This document shows positions 17,246-27,725 of a stretch of 55,058 bases of DNA, one piece after another. The position numbers and the translations under genes were made by a program. The DNA is from Erysipelotrichaceae bacterium (GTDB lineage: Bacteria; Bacillota_I; Bacilli_A; Erysipelotrichales; Erysipelotrichaceae): assembly GCA_017561055.1 (NCBI GenBank), contig JAFZDT010000139.1, forward strand, positions 1 to 55,058. The letters run 5' to 3'. The notes beneath the pieces are model-generated. The model saw nothing but the letters and a program-made list of their open reading frames with translations, was not told the origin of the DNA and did no database searches. Position 1 is the stretch's first letter. Each line of letters opens with the position of its first letter.

Positions 17246-18469
17246 ATGAAATTTATACATATAGCAGATCTTCATCTAGGGAAATATGTACATGGTTATT
17301 CTATGATAGATAATCAAGATCAAGTATATTGGATAGATGAATTTCTTAAGTTAGTGGAAGAGGAAAAAGTAGATGCAGTATTGATGGCTGGAGATATCTA
17401 TGATCGTAGTATTGCGCCTAAAGAAGCGATTAAGTTGTTTGATTATTTTGTGACATCTTTAGTTAAGTTAGGTGTGGAAGTGTGTATTATTGCTGGAAAT
17501 CATGATAGTGGTGCTAGACTTGCGAGTATGAGTTCAATTTTAAAAGAGCATAAAGTACATATTGTAGGTGATGTAACCAAAGAAGTTGAAAAAGTGGTAT
17601 TTGAAGATGCATATGGAAAAGTAAATGTGTATTTAGTTCCATATCTTTTCCCTGTGGCTGTTGAACAGGTCATAGGTGGTAAATATAAAGACTATAATGA
17701 AGCGATGAAGGCTTTATTGGATGTGCAAGAGATAGATTATTCTATGCGTAATGTTATGGTATCTCATCAATTAGTAACTGTGATGGGTAATGAGCCTGAA
17801 AAAGGTGGTTCTGAAGAAATGGTTGGTGGAGTTGGTGGAATTGATGTATCTGTCTATGAACCTTTTGATTATGTTGCTTTGGGACATATTCATGCCTCAC
17901 AAAAAGTGAAATATGATCATATTCGTTATGCGGGTTCGAATTTATGTTATCACTTTGATGAATTGAAGAAACCTAAAAAAGGTCCATTGGTTGTTGAAAT
18001 TAAAGAAAAAGGAAATATTAATATTCAACAACGTGAAATTCAACCATTGCATAGTTTGCGCCAAGTAGAAGGAACTTTGGATGAGATTATTGAAAATGAA
18101 AAGAATATCACAGAAGGTAATCAATACATTCATGTTGTACTAAAAGATGAGTATGTACCAGTAGGAGCATCAAATAAGCTTGAAGCATTATTTAGTAGTA
18201 AGAATAGTATTCTAATGGATACAGTACATGCGCCTAGTCGTATAGTGAATCATGGAGTAACAAGTCATGAACATATTGAAGAGTTGAGTGTACATGATGC
18301 ATTTATGGAATTTTATAAAGAAAAGAATGCTGGTGAGTATCCTGATGATGTAGATAGTAAAATTATTGAGTTTATTTGTACACAAATTGAAAGTAGTGAA
18401 GATGGTAAAATCGATGAAATGTCTACAGATCAATTAGTGAAGTTTGTTATGGAAATGGGGGAAGAGTAA
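17246..18469 (+). CDS. sbcD: Exonuclease SbcCD, nuclease subunit D
   Basis: Mre11-type phosphoesterase motifs are present (HIADLHLG, GDIYD, AGNHD, GHIH). Confidence 0.93.
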   Translation: MKFIHIADLHLGKYVHGYSMIDNQDQVYWIDEFLKLVEEEKVDAVLMAGDIYDRSIAPKEAIKLFDYFVTSLVKLGVEVCIIAGNHDSGARLASMSSILKEHKVHIVGDVTKEVEKVVFEDAYGKVNVYLVPYLFPVAVEQVIGGKYKDYNEAMKALLDVQEIDYSMRNVMVSHQLVTVMGNEPEKGGSEEMVGGVGGIDVSVYEPFDYVALGHIHASQKVKYDHIRYAGSNLCYHFDELKKPKKGPLVVEIKEKGNINIQQREIQPLHSLRQVEGTLDEIIENEKNITEGNQYIHVVLKDEYVPVGASNKLEALFSSKNSILMDTVHAPSRIVNHGVTSHEHIEELSVHDAFMEFYKEKNAGEYPDDVDSKIIEFICTQIESSEDGKIDEMSTDQLVKFVMEMGEE

Positions 18470-18470
18470 G

Positions 18471-21400
18471 ATGAAACCATTGAAATTGACAATGAAAGCT
18501 TTTGGAGCTTATGCGGATGAAACAGTAGTAGATTTTGATCAATTGAAGAATGGATTATTCTTAATTACTGGAGATACTGGTGCTGGTAAAACCACTATCT
18601 TTGATGCGATGGTTTTTGCATTGTTTGGTAAAGCGAGTGGTACCAATCGTGAGTATCGTATGTTCCATAGTGATTATGTAGATAAGGGTGTAGATACAGA
18701 AGTTACTTTTACTTTTAGTCATAATGGACAAGTATATGAGGTGTATCGTAATATCCACTTTGCTAGAAGTGCAAAAACGAAAACCTATAGTGATAAACCA
18801 GAAATTACGAAACAATATTTAAAAGAAGGAAATAGCGAAGCTATTGAGAAAAATATTACAGAAAGAATTGAAGAGTTAATTGGATTGAATGTAGACCAAT
18901 TTCGTAAGATTGTAATGTTAGCACAAGGAGAATTCCAAGCCTTCTTAAAAGCAGATAACAATAGCAAGAAAACCATTTTAGGTAATTTATTTGATAGTTC
19001 AGGTTATGTTAGTTTTCAAGATAGATTAGAAGAAGCTGAAAAGAAATTACGTAGACAAAATGAGTTATTAAATAATCAATTATCTACAGTGATTAATAAA
19101 GATACATTTCCTTTACCAGATACTATGGATGAGATGGAAAAACAACAATTCCATCCAAATCATCCGCATGTGATTGAAAATATTGAAGAATTAATAACTA
19201 AAGAAGAAGTTGAAATTAAAGAATTGGATACGTTTATTAAAGAGACAAATGAACAAATTCAAATTTTAAATACAAGATTACATGATGTACAAAGAAAAAA
19301 TGATGAATTGATTCTATTGGAAAATTTACTAAACGAGAAAGTCGTGTTAGATTCTAAAAAAGAGGAAATGTCTACTAAGAAACAAAATCTAGAACAAGCA
19401 GAACTAGCGTATCGTAAAGTGTATCCACTAGAAAAAGAATATCAAAGAGTGCATGGAGAATATGATAAAGCGAAAATATTATTAGAAAGTAATTCTTCTT
19501 CATTAAAGAATAAAGAACAAGAATTACAAGAAAAAGTAATGATTGTCGAAAAGAATATGCCTTTGTATAAGGATGTTCAAGTGTATGTGACAAAGATGCA
19601 TGATATTGAAAGTAAGCTTGGTGAATATGAACGTTTAGAACAATTGCGCACGCAAACTAATGCTTTATTAACTACAGCGGAAACTTTAGATAAAGAAATT
19701 GTTGAATTAGATGCAAGAATTGTTAATGGGAATGCTTTAGTAGAGTCTAACAAAGAAAAGATGGTTACATTTGAACAAGTAGTGAGTACAGCTGATACTT
19801 GTTATAAAGTGTATAGTGATGCATCTAATCATGTAGATGTTGTGAATGAATATCGTAAGAATGTGGATAGTTTAATTACTGAAAACACTAAGTATGAACA
19901 ACATTGCAAAAGATTGAATGAATTAATGGATAAAGCAAAGATTCAAAGTGCAACATATTTACAACTATATCAACGCTTTATTGCAGGGCAAGCAGGCATT
20001 ATTGCGAAAGATTTAGTAACTGAAATTGAATTGCATGGAGAAGGAGTATGTCCAGTTTGTCATACACATTTGGTATCGAAGGATGTTACACATTTAGCTA
20101 GTTCTGTCATTGATGTTTGTACACAAGAAGATGTGGATGTAGCGAAGAATGCTTTTGATACAACGGATCAATTGCGTAGAAATGAACAAGTGAATGTAGA
20201 TACAGTAAAAGCAAAAATAGAACAAATCAAGGAAGCATGTTTCTTGTTAGTTCAAAAATTAGGATTATCTAATGATGATAAGATGTATACGAAAGATTGT
20301 GTTATAGCTGTTCAATCTGAAGTTATAAAAGCATATGAAGAAGCGAAAAAGAGATATGAAGAAACTATTCGTGCTAAAGAACAATTGGAACAATTAAAAG
20401 TAGATCAAGAAAAGTATAGTAAAGCAATACAATCCTTAGTTGATTCTAAAGAAAAAAAAGTACAAGAAAAACAAAAAGTGGAAGTAGATTATGCACAAAG
20501 TAAGACAGCATTAGAGTCTTTAATGAATACTTTGCCAGAAGTTTCTAAAGAAATTGCTGAACAAAAATTAGCAGTATTGCGAAAAGAGAAAGAATCTTTA
20601 GAAAAGAAATTATTACAAGATGAACAAAATCGTGATGTTGTTAATAATGTAGTACAAGAGTTACGAGGAGTTGTTCAAGGTAATCAAGTACAAATTGATA
20701 CTTTATTGACACAAATGAATAGTGCAAAAGATATATATGGGCAAGTTATTAATGAATATTTCTCTACAGAAGATACGTATCATACATGTTTAGGGTATAT
20801 TGATACTATACAAGGTGCAGATGCTTGGATCAAACAAATGAATGATATGCTAGTGAATTATCAACATAGTGTTATGGATAATCAGAAACGCATTGAAGAA
20901 CAACAAGAAAAAACAAAAGATTTTGTGAAAGAAGATACGACTGTACTTGAAAGTGAAATTCAAAAATTACATGATGCATTGGAACCTAAAGTCGTGTATC
21001 GTACAGCATTAATTGGTAATAAGAGTTTACATACAGGTGTTTGTAAAACGATGAAGGGTTATAAAAAGCAAATAGATCAAATTAAACCTGCATATCATAG
21101 ACTACAAAGATTAAATGATATTGCGAATGCGAAGAGTAGTTCTGAGGGTGGAAAGTATAACTTTGAAAGTTATTCACTTGCGAATGCATTTAAAGAAATT
21201 CTTCAAGCTGCGAATGTTCGATTAAATCACATGAGTGGTGGTAAATATGAATTGGTTCATGAAACGAAGACAAATCGTAGTAATGCACTAGCTGGTTTTG
21301 ATATCAAAGTATTGGATGCTTTTACTAATGAAATGCGTGATGCGGCATCATTGTCTGGTGGTGAAACATTTGAGGTGTCAATGTCTTTAGCTTTAGGATT

Positions 21401-21641
21401 AAGTGATGTAGTACAAGCGCATGCGAATGGTAAAAAGATTGATGCTATATTTATTGATGAAGGTTTTGGTTCATTAGATGAAGCATTATTGATTAAGGCT
21501 AAAAATGTATTAGAAGATATTGCTGGTGATAGTAAGCAAATTGGTATTATTTCACATGTAAGTAAATTGGATGAAATCATTCCACAAAAGATTGTTGTTA
21601 AGGGAAGTAATAAGGGTAGTACATTGAGCATTAAAATCTAA
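18471..21641 (+). CDS. sbcC: Exonuclease SbcCD, ATPase subunit C
   Basis: Walker A is GDTGAGKTT. There is a long coiled coil with a CPVC zinc hook. The signature LSGGETF and Walker B IFIDEGFGSLD are present. ATG 18471 follows the sbcD stop. Confidence 0.93.
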   Translation: MKPLKLTMKAFGAYADETVVDFDQLKNGLFLITGDTGAGKTTIFDAMVFALFGKASGTNREYRMFHSDYVDKGVDTEVTFTFSHNGQVYEVYRNIHFARSAKTKTYSDKPEITKQYLKEGNSEAIEKNITERIEELIGLNVDQFRKIVMLAQGEFQAFLKADNNSKKTILGNLFDSSGYVSFQDRLEEAEKKLRRQNELLNNQLSTVINKDTFPLPDTMDEMEKQQFHPNHPHVIENIEELITKEEVEIKELDTFIKETNEQIQILNTRLHDVQRKNDELILLENLLNEKVVLDSKKEEMSTKKQNLEQAELAYRKVYPLEKEYQRVHGEYDKAKILLESNSSSLKNKEQELQEKVMIVEKNMPLYKDVQVYVTKMHDIESKLGEYERLEQLRTQTNALLTTAETLDKEIVELDARIVNGNALVESNKEKMVTFEQVVSTADTCYKVYSDASNHVDVVNEYRKNVDSLITENTKYEQHCKRLNELMDKAKIQSATYLQLYQRFIAGQAGIIAKDLVTEIELHGEGVCPVCHTHLVSKDVTHLASSVIDVCTQEDVDVAKNAFDTTDQLRRNEQVNVDTVKAKIEQIKEACFLLVQKLGLSNDDKMYTKDCVIAVQSEVIKAYEEAKKRYEETIRAKEQLEQLKVDQEKYSKAIQSLVDSKEKKVQEKQKVEVDYAQSKTALESLMNTLPEVSKEIAEQKLAVLRKEKESLEKKLLQDEQNRDVVNNVVQELRGVVQGNQVQIDTLLTQMNSAKDIYGQVINEYFSTEDTYHTCLGYIDTIQGADAWIKQMNDMLVNYQHSVMDNQKRIEEQQEKTKDFVKEDTTVLESEIQKLHDALEPKVVYRTALIGNKSLHTGVCKTMKGYKKQIDQIKPAYHRLQRLNDIANAKSSSEGGKYNFESYSLANAFKEILQAANVRLNHMSGGKYELVHETKTNRSNALAGFDIKVLDAFTNEMRDAASLSGGETFEVSMSLALGLSDVVQAHANGKKIDAIFIDEGFGSLDEALLIKAKNVLEDIAGDSKQIGIISHVSKLDEIIPQKIVVKGSNKGSTLSIKI

Positions 21642-21648
21642 ATAAAAA

Positions 21649-21682
21649 GAAGTTTTCTTTTGAAATGAAAACTTCTTTTTTT
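21649..21682 (+). terminator. Intrinsic terminator after sbcC
   Basis: GAAGTTTTC (21649-21657) pairs with GAAAACTTC (21667-21675), followed by T7. Confidence 0.85.
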
Positions 21683-21758
21683 GTTTTTATAAACAAACAA
21701 ACTTTTACAAATAATTTACGTTTGAATCTTTTAATTTCATGGTAAAATTTAAAAGAGG

Positions 21759-22844
21759 ATGATGCTTATGACAACAAAACAAAAGAAGGATTTTTTAATT
21801 GAGGTAGTTTTTGTTTTATTTATTCTTGCTGTTGTATTTTTGCTTTATAAATACATATTACCAATTACTTTACCTTTTATTCTAGGATTATTGGTGGCGT
21901 GGATCGTTGTTAAAATTACAGATCGTTTTCATACTAAGAATAAATGGTTACGTGCAGGAATTGTTATTTTGATTTATGTAATCTTTGCGGCTGTTGCTAT
22001 GGTGGTATTAGTTGCATTTATGACTTGGATTGGTGAAAAAATTGTAAATGTACCAACCTTTGTACAAGATGTGTTAATTCCAACGGTTAAGTCATTTCAT
22101 AAAGATATTTTGCATCCGATTATTGAGAGTTTAGATCCAAGTATTCATACCATTCTAAGTAGTGTGTGGAATAGTATGGTATCTTCTTTATATAATACAG
22201 TGACTACAGTAACGGAAGTTGTTGTGGCGAATGCTTCTAGTGCTATTGCAAGTATTCCAACTATATTTATTAGTATATTGATGATGTTAGTGTCTACATT
22301 CTTCTTTGTTGTAGATTATGAAAAAATTGGTATTTTTTATGAAAAGTATATGCCTGAAAAGGTAAAGAATACAGTAAGTACAATTAGAGAGTATTTGATG
22401 AATACCTTGTTAATTGTTATTCGTTCATATGTTATTATCTGTACATTAACTTTTACAGAATTATCAATTTTATTCACTATTTTTGGTATTCCACATGCCA
22501 TACCTCTTGCTTTCTTGATTGCTATTTTTGATATTTTGCCAGTACTTGGTACAGGTGGTATTTTAATTCCTTGGGGGATTATAGCTGCTGTGTTGGGACA
22601 TCGTATTTTAGGTGCTAAAATCTTGTTTATCTATGTAATAGTTACTGCAATTCGTAATTATGTAGAACCAAAGATTGTTGGTGCACAAATGGGGTTACAT
22701 CCAATTATTACATTGGTAAGTATGTTTATTGGTTTACAGTTATTTGGTTTTATTGGAATGTTTGGTTTCCCAATTATGATTTCTTTCTATTGGAAGAATC
22801 GTAAAGTAGAAGAAAATATGAATACAGATATTAAGGAATCGTAA
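21759..22844 (+). CDS. AI-2E/PerM family membrane protein (YtvI-like)
   Basis: 361 aa and polytopic, with conserved DILPVLGTG and EPKIVG motifs. Three alternative ATG starts lie within 21759-21768. Confidence 0.8.
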   Translation: MMLMTTKQKKDFLIEVVFVLFILAVVFLLYKYILPITLPFILGLLVAWIVVKITDRFHTKNKWLRAGIVILIYVIFAAVAMVVLVAFMTWIGEKIVNVPTFVQDVLIPTVKSFHKDILHPIIESLDPSIHTILSSVWNSMVSSLYNTVTTVTEVVVANASSAIASIPTIFISILMMLVSTFFFVVDYEKIGIFYEKYMPEKVKNTVSTIREYLMNTLLIVIRSYVIICTLTFTELSILFTIFGIPHAIPLAFLIAIFDILPVLGTGGILIPWGIIAAVLGHRILGAKILFIYVIVTAIRNYVEPKIVGAQMGLHPIITLVSMFIGLQLFGFIGMFGFPIMISFYWKNRKVEENMNTDIKES

Positions 22845-22896
22845 TGATTCCTTTTCTTTTACCGTGCTATAATAAATCAAAGAGATGGTGATAATC

Positions 22897-23877
22897 ATGA
22901 AACATATAGTAATCGTTGCGACAGGTGGAACAATTGCAGGTATTGGTGAAAAAGGAAAAACAGTAGCGTATCATGCAGGAGAAATTTCAATTGATGATAT
23001 TTTGGTGTCAATTCCTAATGTGAAAAATGTGGCTGAATTAGAGATTGTACAATTTATGAATGTGGATTCAAATGAGATGAATATGAATACATGGATTACA
23101 TTGAGCAATACCATTAATGACATTATTGTAAGAGAAGATGTAGATGGAATTGTGGTTACGCATGGAACGGATACCATTGAAGAAACAGCATATTTTCTGA
23201 ATTTGACGATTGGTTCTAATAAACCGATTGTGTTAACAGGAGCAATGCGTCCGGCAACGGCTACTAGTGCTGATGGTCCTTATAATTTGTATCAAGCAAT
23301 TGCGTTGGCTGCTAATGAAGAAGCAATAGGTCAAGGTGTGATGGTATTGTTTTCTAATACGATTTATTCTGGTAGAGATATTCAAAAAGTTAATAATTAT
23401 AAGATAGATGCTTTTGATCAAAAGTCGTTTGGTTGTTTGGGATATATGCAAGATGAAAAAGCGTATTTCTTTTCTAAGACATTTAAAACGCATACATGTG
23501 CATCCATGTTTGCGGGTAAACTAGATGTGTTAGCGAATGTGGCTATTGCTTATTATTATGCAGGTGCGGATAGTGATATTTTGAAATATCTATCACAAAA
23601 TCATCAAGGAATAATTATTGTTGGTAGTGGTAATGGTAACTATTCAAAAGAGTGGTTGCGAATGATTAATTACTGTTATGAAGAGTATGGAACGATTTTT
23701 GTTCGTGCATCAAGAGTTCCATTAGGAATTGTATTTAATGACCATGTATTTGATCCAAATGAGTATTGTATTGCTTCAAATACGTTGAGTGGACAGAAAG
23801 CGCGAATTCTTCTTTCTTTAGCATTATCTAAGACTACAGATATTCAAGAAATCAAAGAAGTATTTAATCAATATTAG
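22897..23877 (+). CDS. L-asparaginase
   Basis: The catalytic motifs VATGGTIAG and HGTDTIEETAYFL are present. ATG 22897 (MKHIV) is preferred over the track start. Confidence 0.9.
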   Translation: MKHIVIVATGGTIAGIGEKGKTVAYHAGEISIDDILVSIPNVKNVAELEIVQFMNVDSNEMNMNTWITLSNTINDIIVREDVDGIVVTHGTDTIEETAYFLNLTIGSNKPIVLTGAMRPATATSADGPYNLYQAIALAANEEAIGQGVMVLFSNTIYSGRDIQKVNNYKIDAFDQKSFGCLGYMQDEKAYFFSKTFKTHTCASMFAGKLDVLANVAIAYYYAGADSDILKYLSQNHQGIIIVGSGNGNYSKEWLRMINYCYEEYGTIFVRASRVPLGIVFNDHVFDPNEYCIASNTLSGQKARILLSLALSKTTDIQEIKEVFNQY

Positions 23878-23908
23878 TGTATAATAAAATTAATTAGAGG
23901 TGAAAACT

Positions 23909-25378
23909 ATGGATGCAAATTTAATGAATATTAATCAAGAACGTAACTTAACAATGTTGATGGATTATTATGAGCTAACTATGGCTAATGGGTATTATAA
24001 ATTAGGACTTAAAGACCAATGGGTGTGTTTTGATTTATTCTTTAGAAAGATACCTGAAAGTGGTGGGTTTGTAATTGCGGCTGGTTTAGAAAGTGCTATT
24101 TCTTATATTAAAAATATGCATTTTACAGATGGTGATATTGCCTTTTTAAGAGATAAAGGAATCTTTGATGAAGGGTTCTTAGAATATTTGCGTAATTTTA
24201 AATTTAGTGGTGATATTGATGCAATTAGAGAAGGAACTCCAGTGTATCCACATGTTCCGCTTGTTACTGTTTGTGCTCCATTATGTGAAGCGCAATTAGT
24301 GGAAACAATGTTATTGTTATCTATAAATCATCAAAGTTTAATTGCAACAAAAACGAATCGTATTGTAAGAGCTGCGGGTGATCGTGTAGTTATGGAATTT
24401 GGTGCTCGTCGTGCACATGGTTATGATGCATCTATTTTAGGAGCAAGAGCTGCTGCTATTGGTGGTGCTAAAATGACAGCTACGACCATTGCGGATGAAA
24501 TGTTTGGTTTCCCTGCAACAGGTACAATGGCTCATTCATGGATTCAATTCTTTAATGATGATTATGAAGCATTTAAAAAGTATGCAGAAGTATATCCAAG
24601 TAGTTCTGTATTCTTATTAGATACCTTTGATGTATTAACTAGTGGTTTGCCAGCAGCGATTAAGGTTGCGAAAGAGATTATTGAACCACAAGGATATCGT
24701 TTAAAAGGGGTTCGTTTAGATAGTGGTGACTTAGCATATTTATCTAAAAAAGTTCGTAAAGAATTGGATAAACATGGTATGCAGGATTGTACAATTGTTG
24801 TATCAAATAGTATTGATGAATATTTGATTCAATCATTAAATATGCAAGATGCGAAAATTGACTCTTTTGGAGTGGGTGAACGTTTAATTACTTCAAAAGC
24901 AGAACCTGTGTTTGGTGGTGTTTACAAATTGGTGGCTGTTGAAAATACAGAAACACATGAGTTTGAACCTCGTATTAAAATTAGTGAAAATGTAGAGAAA
25001 ATTATTAATCCTGGACGTAAAAGAGCATATCGCGTTTATGATGAAAATCATTTATCAAAGATTGATGTGATTGCGTTATATCATGAAGATTTGAGTATTG
25101 GAAATCTTAAAGTGGTAGATCCTAAAAAGTCTTGGAAGGTATATGAAGTAAATGAAGGAACAATGGAAGAATTGCTAGTACCAATCTTTAGAAAAGGTGA
25201 ATTAGTTTATAAAGTTCCTACATTAGAAGAAATAATTGCTTATAGTAAGCAACAACAAGAATATGTAATGGAAGAAGAAAAACGTTTTAATTATCCACAT
25301 AAGCATTATGTTGATTTGAGTTATGAATTGAATGAATTGAAGATTCAAATGTTGAAGGATAATGGAGAATGGCAATGA
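23909..25378 (+). CDS. pncB: Nicotinate phosphoribosyltransferase
   Basis: DYYELTM, GTMAHSWI and VRLDSGDL are NAPRTase motifs. SD AGAGGTG precedes ATG 23909. Confidence 0.92.
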   Translation: MDANLMNINQERNLTMLMDYYELTMANGYYKLGLKDQWVCFDLFFRKIPESGGFVIAAGLESAISYIKNMHFTDGDIAFLRDKGIFDEGFLEYLRNFKFSGDIDAIREGTPVYPHVPLVTVCAPLCEAQLVETMLLLSINHQSLIATKTNRIVRAAGDRVVMEFGARRAHGYDASILGARAAAIGGAKMTATTIADEMFGFPATGTMAHSWIQFFNDDYEAFKKYAEVYPSSSVFLLDTFDVLTSGLPAAIKVAKEIIEPQGYRLKGVRLDSGDLAYLSKKVRKELDKHGMQDCTIVVSNSIDEYLIQSLNMQDAKIDSFGVGERLITSKAEPVFGGVYKLVAVENTETHEFEPRIKISENVEKIINPGRKRAYRVYDENHLSKIDVIALYHEDLSIGNLKVVDPKKSWKVYEVNEGTMEELLVPIFRKGELVYKVPTLEEIIAYSKQQQEYVMEEEKRFNYPHKHYVDLSYELNELKIQMLKDNGEWQ

Positions 25379-25986
25379 TAGGGGTATTTATTGGTTCTTT
25401 TAATCCAATTACCCAGGGTCATGTATATATTGCAGAAAGTATATTACAGCATACAGAGTGTACACATGTGATGTTTGTGCCTGTATCGGATTTGTATGGT
25501 AAAGCTAGTTTGAAAGTAGAAGATGATCATCGTGTACAAATGATTCGTTTAGCTATTTCTGGATATGAGAATATGTCAGTGAATACGATTGAGATTGAAA
25601 TAGCAGAGCAGCTTGGTAGACAAAATAAAACGATTGAAACTATGTGTGAATTGCGAAAACAATATGATGAACCATTAGTATTTATTATTGGAGCGGATAA
25701 TGTTGCGAAGTTACATACTTGGTATAAAGCTGAGGAATTAGTATCTGAATTTGGAGTGTTTGTTATTTCTAGAGATGGTATTGATGTGGAAAAACTCATA
25801 CAAGAAGATGAATGGTTGAACAAGAATATCTCGTATTATGATGTAGTAGATGAGGCTGTAAATTCTGCTAGTTCTAGTGAGATTCGTGAGAATGTAAAAC
25901 AAGGATTATCGATTGATGGTTTGGTTTGTGAAAAGGTGAAACAATATATATATGAACATCAATTATATGTGGAGGAATGCGTATGA
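25369..25986 (+). CDS. nadD: Nicotinate-nucleotide adenylyltransferase
   Basis: GSFNPITQGH is an (H/T)xGH nucleotidyltransferase motif and SSSEIR is present. The gene overlaps pncB by 10 nt. Confidence 0.9.
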   Translation: MAMIGVFIGSFNPITQGHVYIAESILQHTECTHVMFVPVSDLYGKASLKVEDDHRVQMIRLAISGYENMSVNTIEIEIAEQLGRQNKTIETMCELRKQYDEPLVFIIGADNVAKLHTWYKAEELVSEFGVFVISRDGIDVEKLIQEDEWLNKNISYYDVVDEAVNSASSSEIRENVKQGLSIDGLVCEKVKQYIYEHQLYVEECV

Positions 25987-27707
25987 CTTTAAAAATAGCA
26001 TTAGGACAATTATTAGTTGAAAGTGGACATCCAAGTGTGAATGTTCAAAAGATGAAGAATATGATTGCACAAGCTAAAGAAGATGGTGTGGATATCATTG
26101 TTTTTCCACAAATGTGTGTCGGTGGTTATTTTTTAGCGGATAAATGGTATAGCAGTGAGTGGAGAAAAGAATTACTTTTTTACAATGAAGAAATTGCTGG
26201 TTGTAGTGATGGTATTGGTGTTGTATGGGGTAATATCTATGAAGAAAATGGTATTGTATTTGATGCTGGATATTATGCACATAATCAGGAAATTACATAC
26301 ATTCAACCTAAACAAAATCTACAACAAACAGGTGTGTATAATGATGGACGATATTTAACAAGTCAAGCATCGAATTGTGCCTTTGTATTTGAAAAAGATG
26401 GACAACAACATATTTTGGGAATTGTTGTTGGTGATGATTTGTATAATGATAAGGTCATGGAACGATTAGTTGCATGTGATTGTATTTTACATATTGAAAG
26501 TAAACCATGGACATTAGATGATGAAAATAAAAAAGATGAACGTGTCGCAACCTTGTTACCTAAGGTATATAGTGTAAATGCAGTGGGTATGCAAAACACA
26601 GGAAAAAACATTGTGATGTTTGATGGTAAGAGTTGTGTTTATGAAAAAGGTATTCGTGTATGTACCTTAAGAGATGATTTTACGGAAGAGTATGCGGTAT
26701 GTGATTATTATGATCATAGTAAGAAATATAAATTATTGAATTGTTTGGTTCGTGCAATTCAAGAATTTGATCGTCAAATCATGGGCTATAATCCTAAATG
26801 GATTATTGGATTAAGTGGTGGATTGGATAGTAGTGTAACTGCAGCGTTATTAACCATGGCTTTAGGTAGTGAAAGAGTTTGTGGATATAATTTAGCTACG
26901 AAATATAATTCACAAAAAACAAAAGATAATGCACAAAATGAAGCGGATGCCTTAGGAATTAAGATTCGTAATGGATATATTAGTGATATTCATAAGGCTA
27001 CTACTGAAACGATGCATATTTATGGATATAATGATGAACAAATGCCAACATTGGTTCATGAAAATATTCAAGCAAGAATTCGTGGTAATGTATTAAGTAC
27101 TTTCTCTCAAATTGAGAATGGAGTTATCATGAATAATGGTAATAAGATTGAGGTAGCATTAGGATATGCGACATTATATGGTGATAGTATTGGAGCAATG
27201 AGTCCTTTAGGTGATTTAACGAAAGTACAATTATTTGAATTATCTCGTCAAATCAATGCGAAATTTGAAAAAGAAATTATCCCAGAACGTTTATTACCAG
27301 TGGTTACTGAGAATGAGTTACTATGGGAAATGGCACCTAGTGCTGAATTAAAAGATAACCAATATGATCCTATGAAGTGGTTCTATCATGATTGGTTGAT
27401 TTCTAAATTAACAGATAGTAAATGCAATGTGGAAGATATTATGGAAGGTTATCTTGATGGTTCTTTATTGCAATCTGAAGTTGGTAGATGGATAAAACAT
27501 TATCATTTAGATGAACCAAAAGCATTTATAGATGATTTAGAATGGGTATTACGTCAAATGCGTATAGCAATCTTCAAACGTATTCAAATGCCACCTATTG
27601 TTATGGTAACCAATAGTGCATATGGTTCAAATCATTTAGAAATTCAAGGAACTTGGGATGTCACAAGACGTTATCAAGAATTAAAAGAAAAAATCTTAGC
27701 TATGTAG
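25977..27707 (+). CDS. nadE: Glutamine-dependent NAD+ synthetase
   Basis: An N-terminal CN-hydrolase-like domain is joined to a C-terminal PP-loop (GLSGGLDSS). Confidence 0.9.
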   Translation: MRMTLKIALGQLLVESGHPSVNVQKMKNMIAQAKEDGVDIIVFPQMCVGGYFLADKWYSSEWRKELLFYNEEIAGCSDGIGVVWGNIYEENGIVFDAGYYAHNQEITYIQPKQNLQQTGVYNDGRYLTSQASNCAFVFEKDGQQHILGIVVGDDLYNDKVMERLVACDCILHIESKPWTLDDENKKDERVATLLPKVYSVNAVGMQNTGKNIVMFDGKSCVYEKGIRVCTLRDDFTEEYAVCDYYDHSKKYKLLNCLVRAIQEFDRQIMGYNPKWIIGLSGGLDSSVTAALLTMALGSERVCGYNLATKYNSQKTKDNAQNEADALGIKIRNGYISDIHKATTETMHIYGYNDEQMPTLVHENIQARIRGNVLSTFSQIENGVIMNNGNKIEVALGYATLYGDSIGAMSPLGDLTKVQLFELSRQINAKFEKEIIPERLLPVVTENELLWEMAPSAELKDNQYDPMKWFYHDWLISKLTDSKCNVEDIMEGYLDGSLLQSEVGRWIKHYHLDEPKAFIDDLEWVLRQMRIAIFKRIQMPPIVMVTNSAYGSNHLEIQGTWDVTRRYQELKEKILAM

Positions 27708-27725
27708 AAAATAAGGAGTATAAGT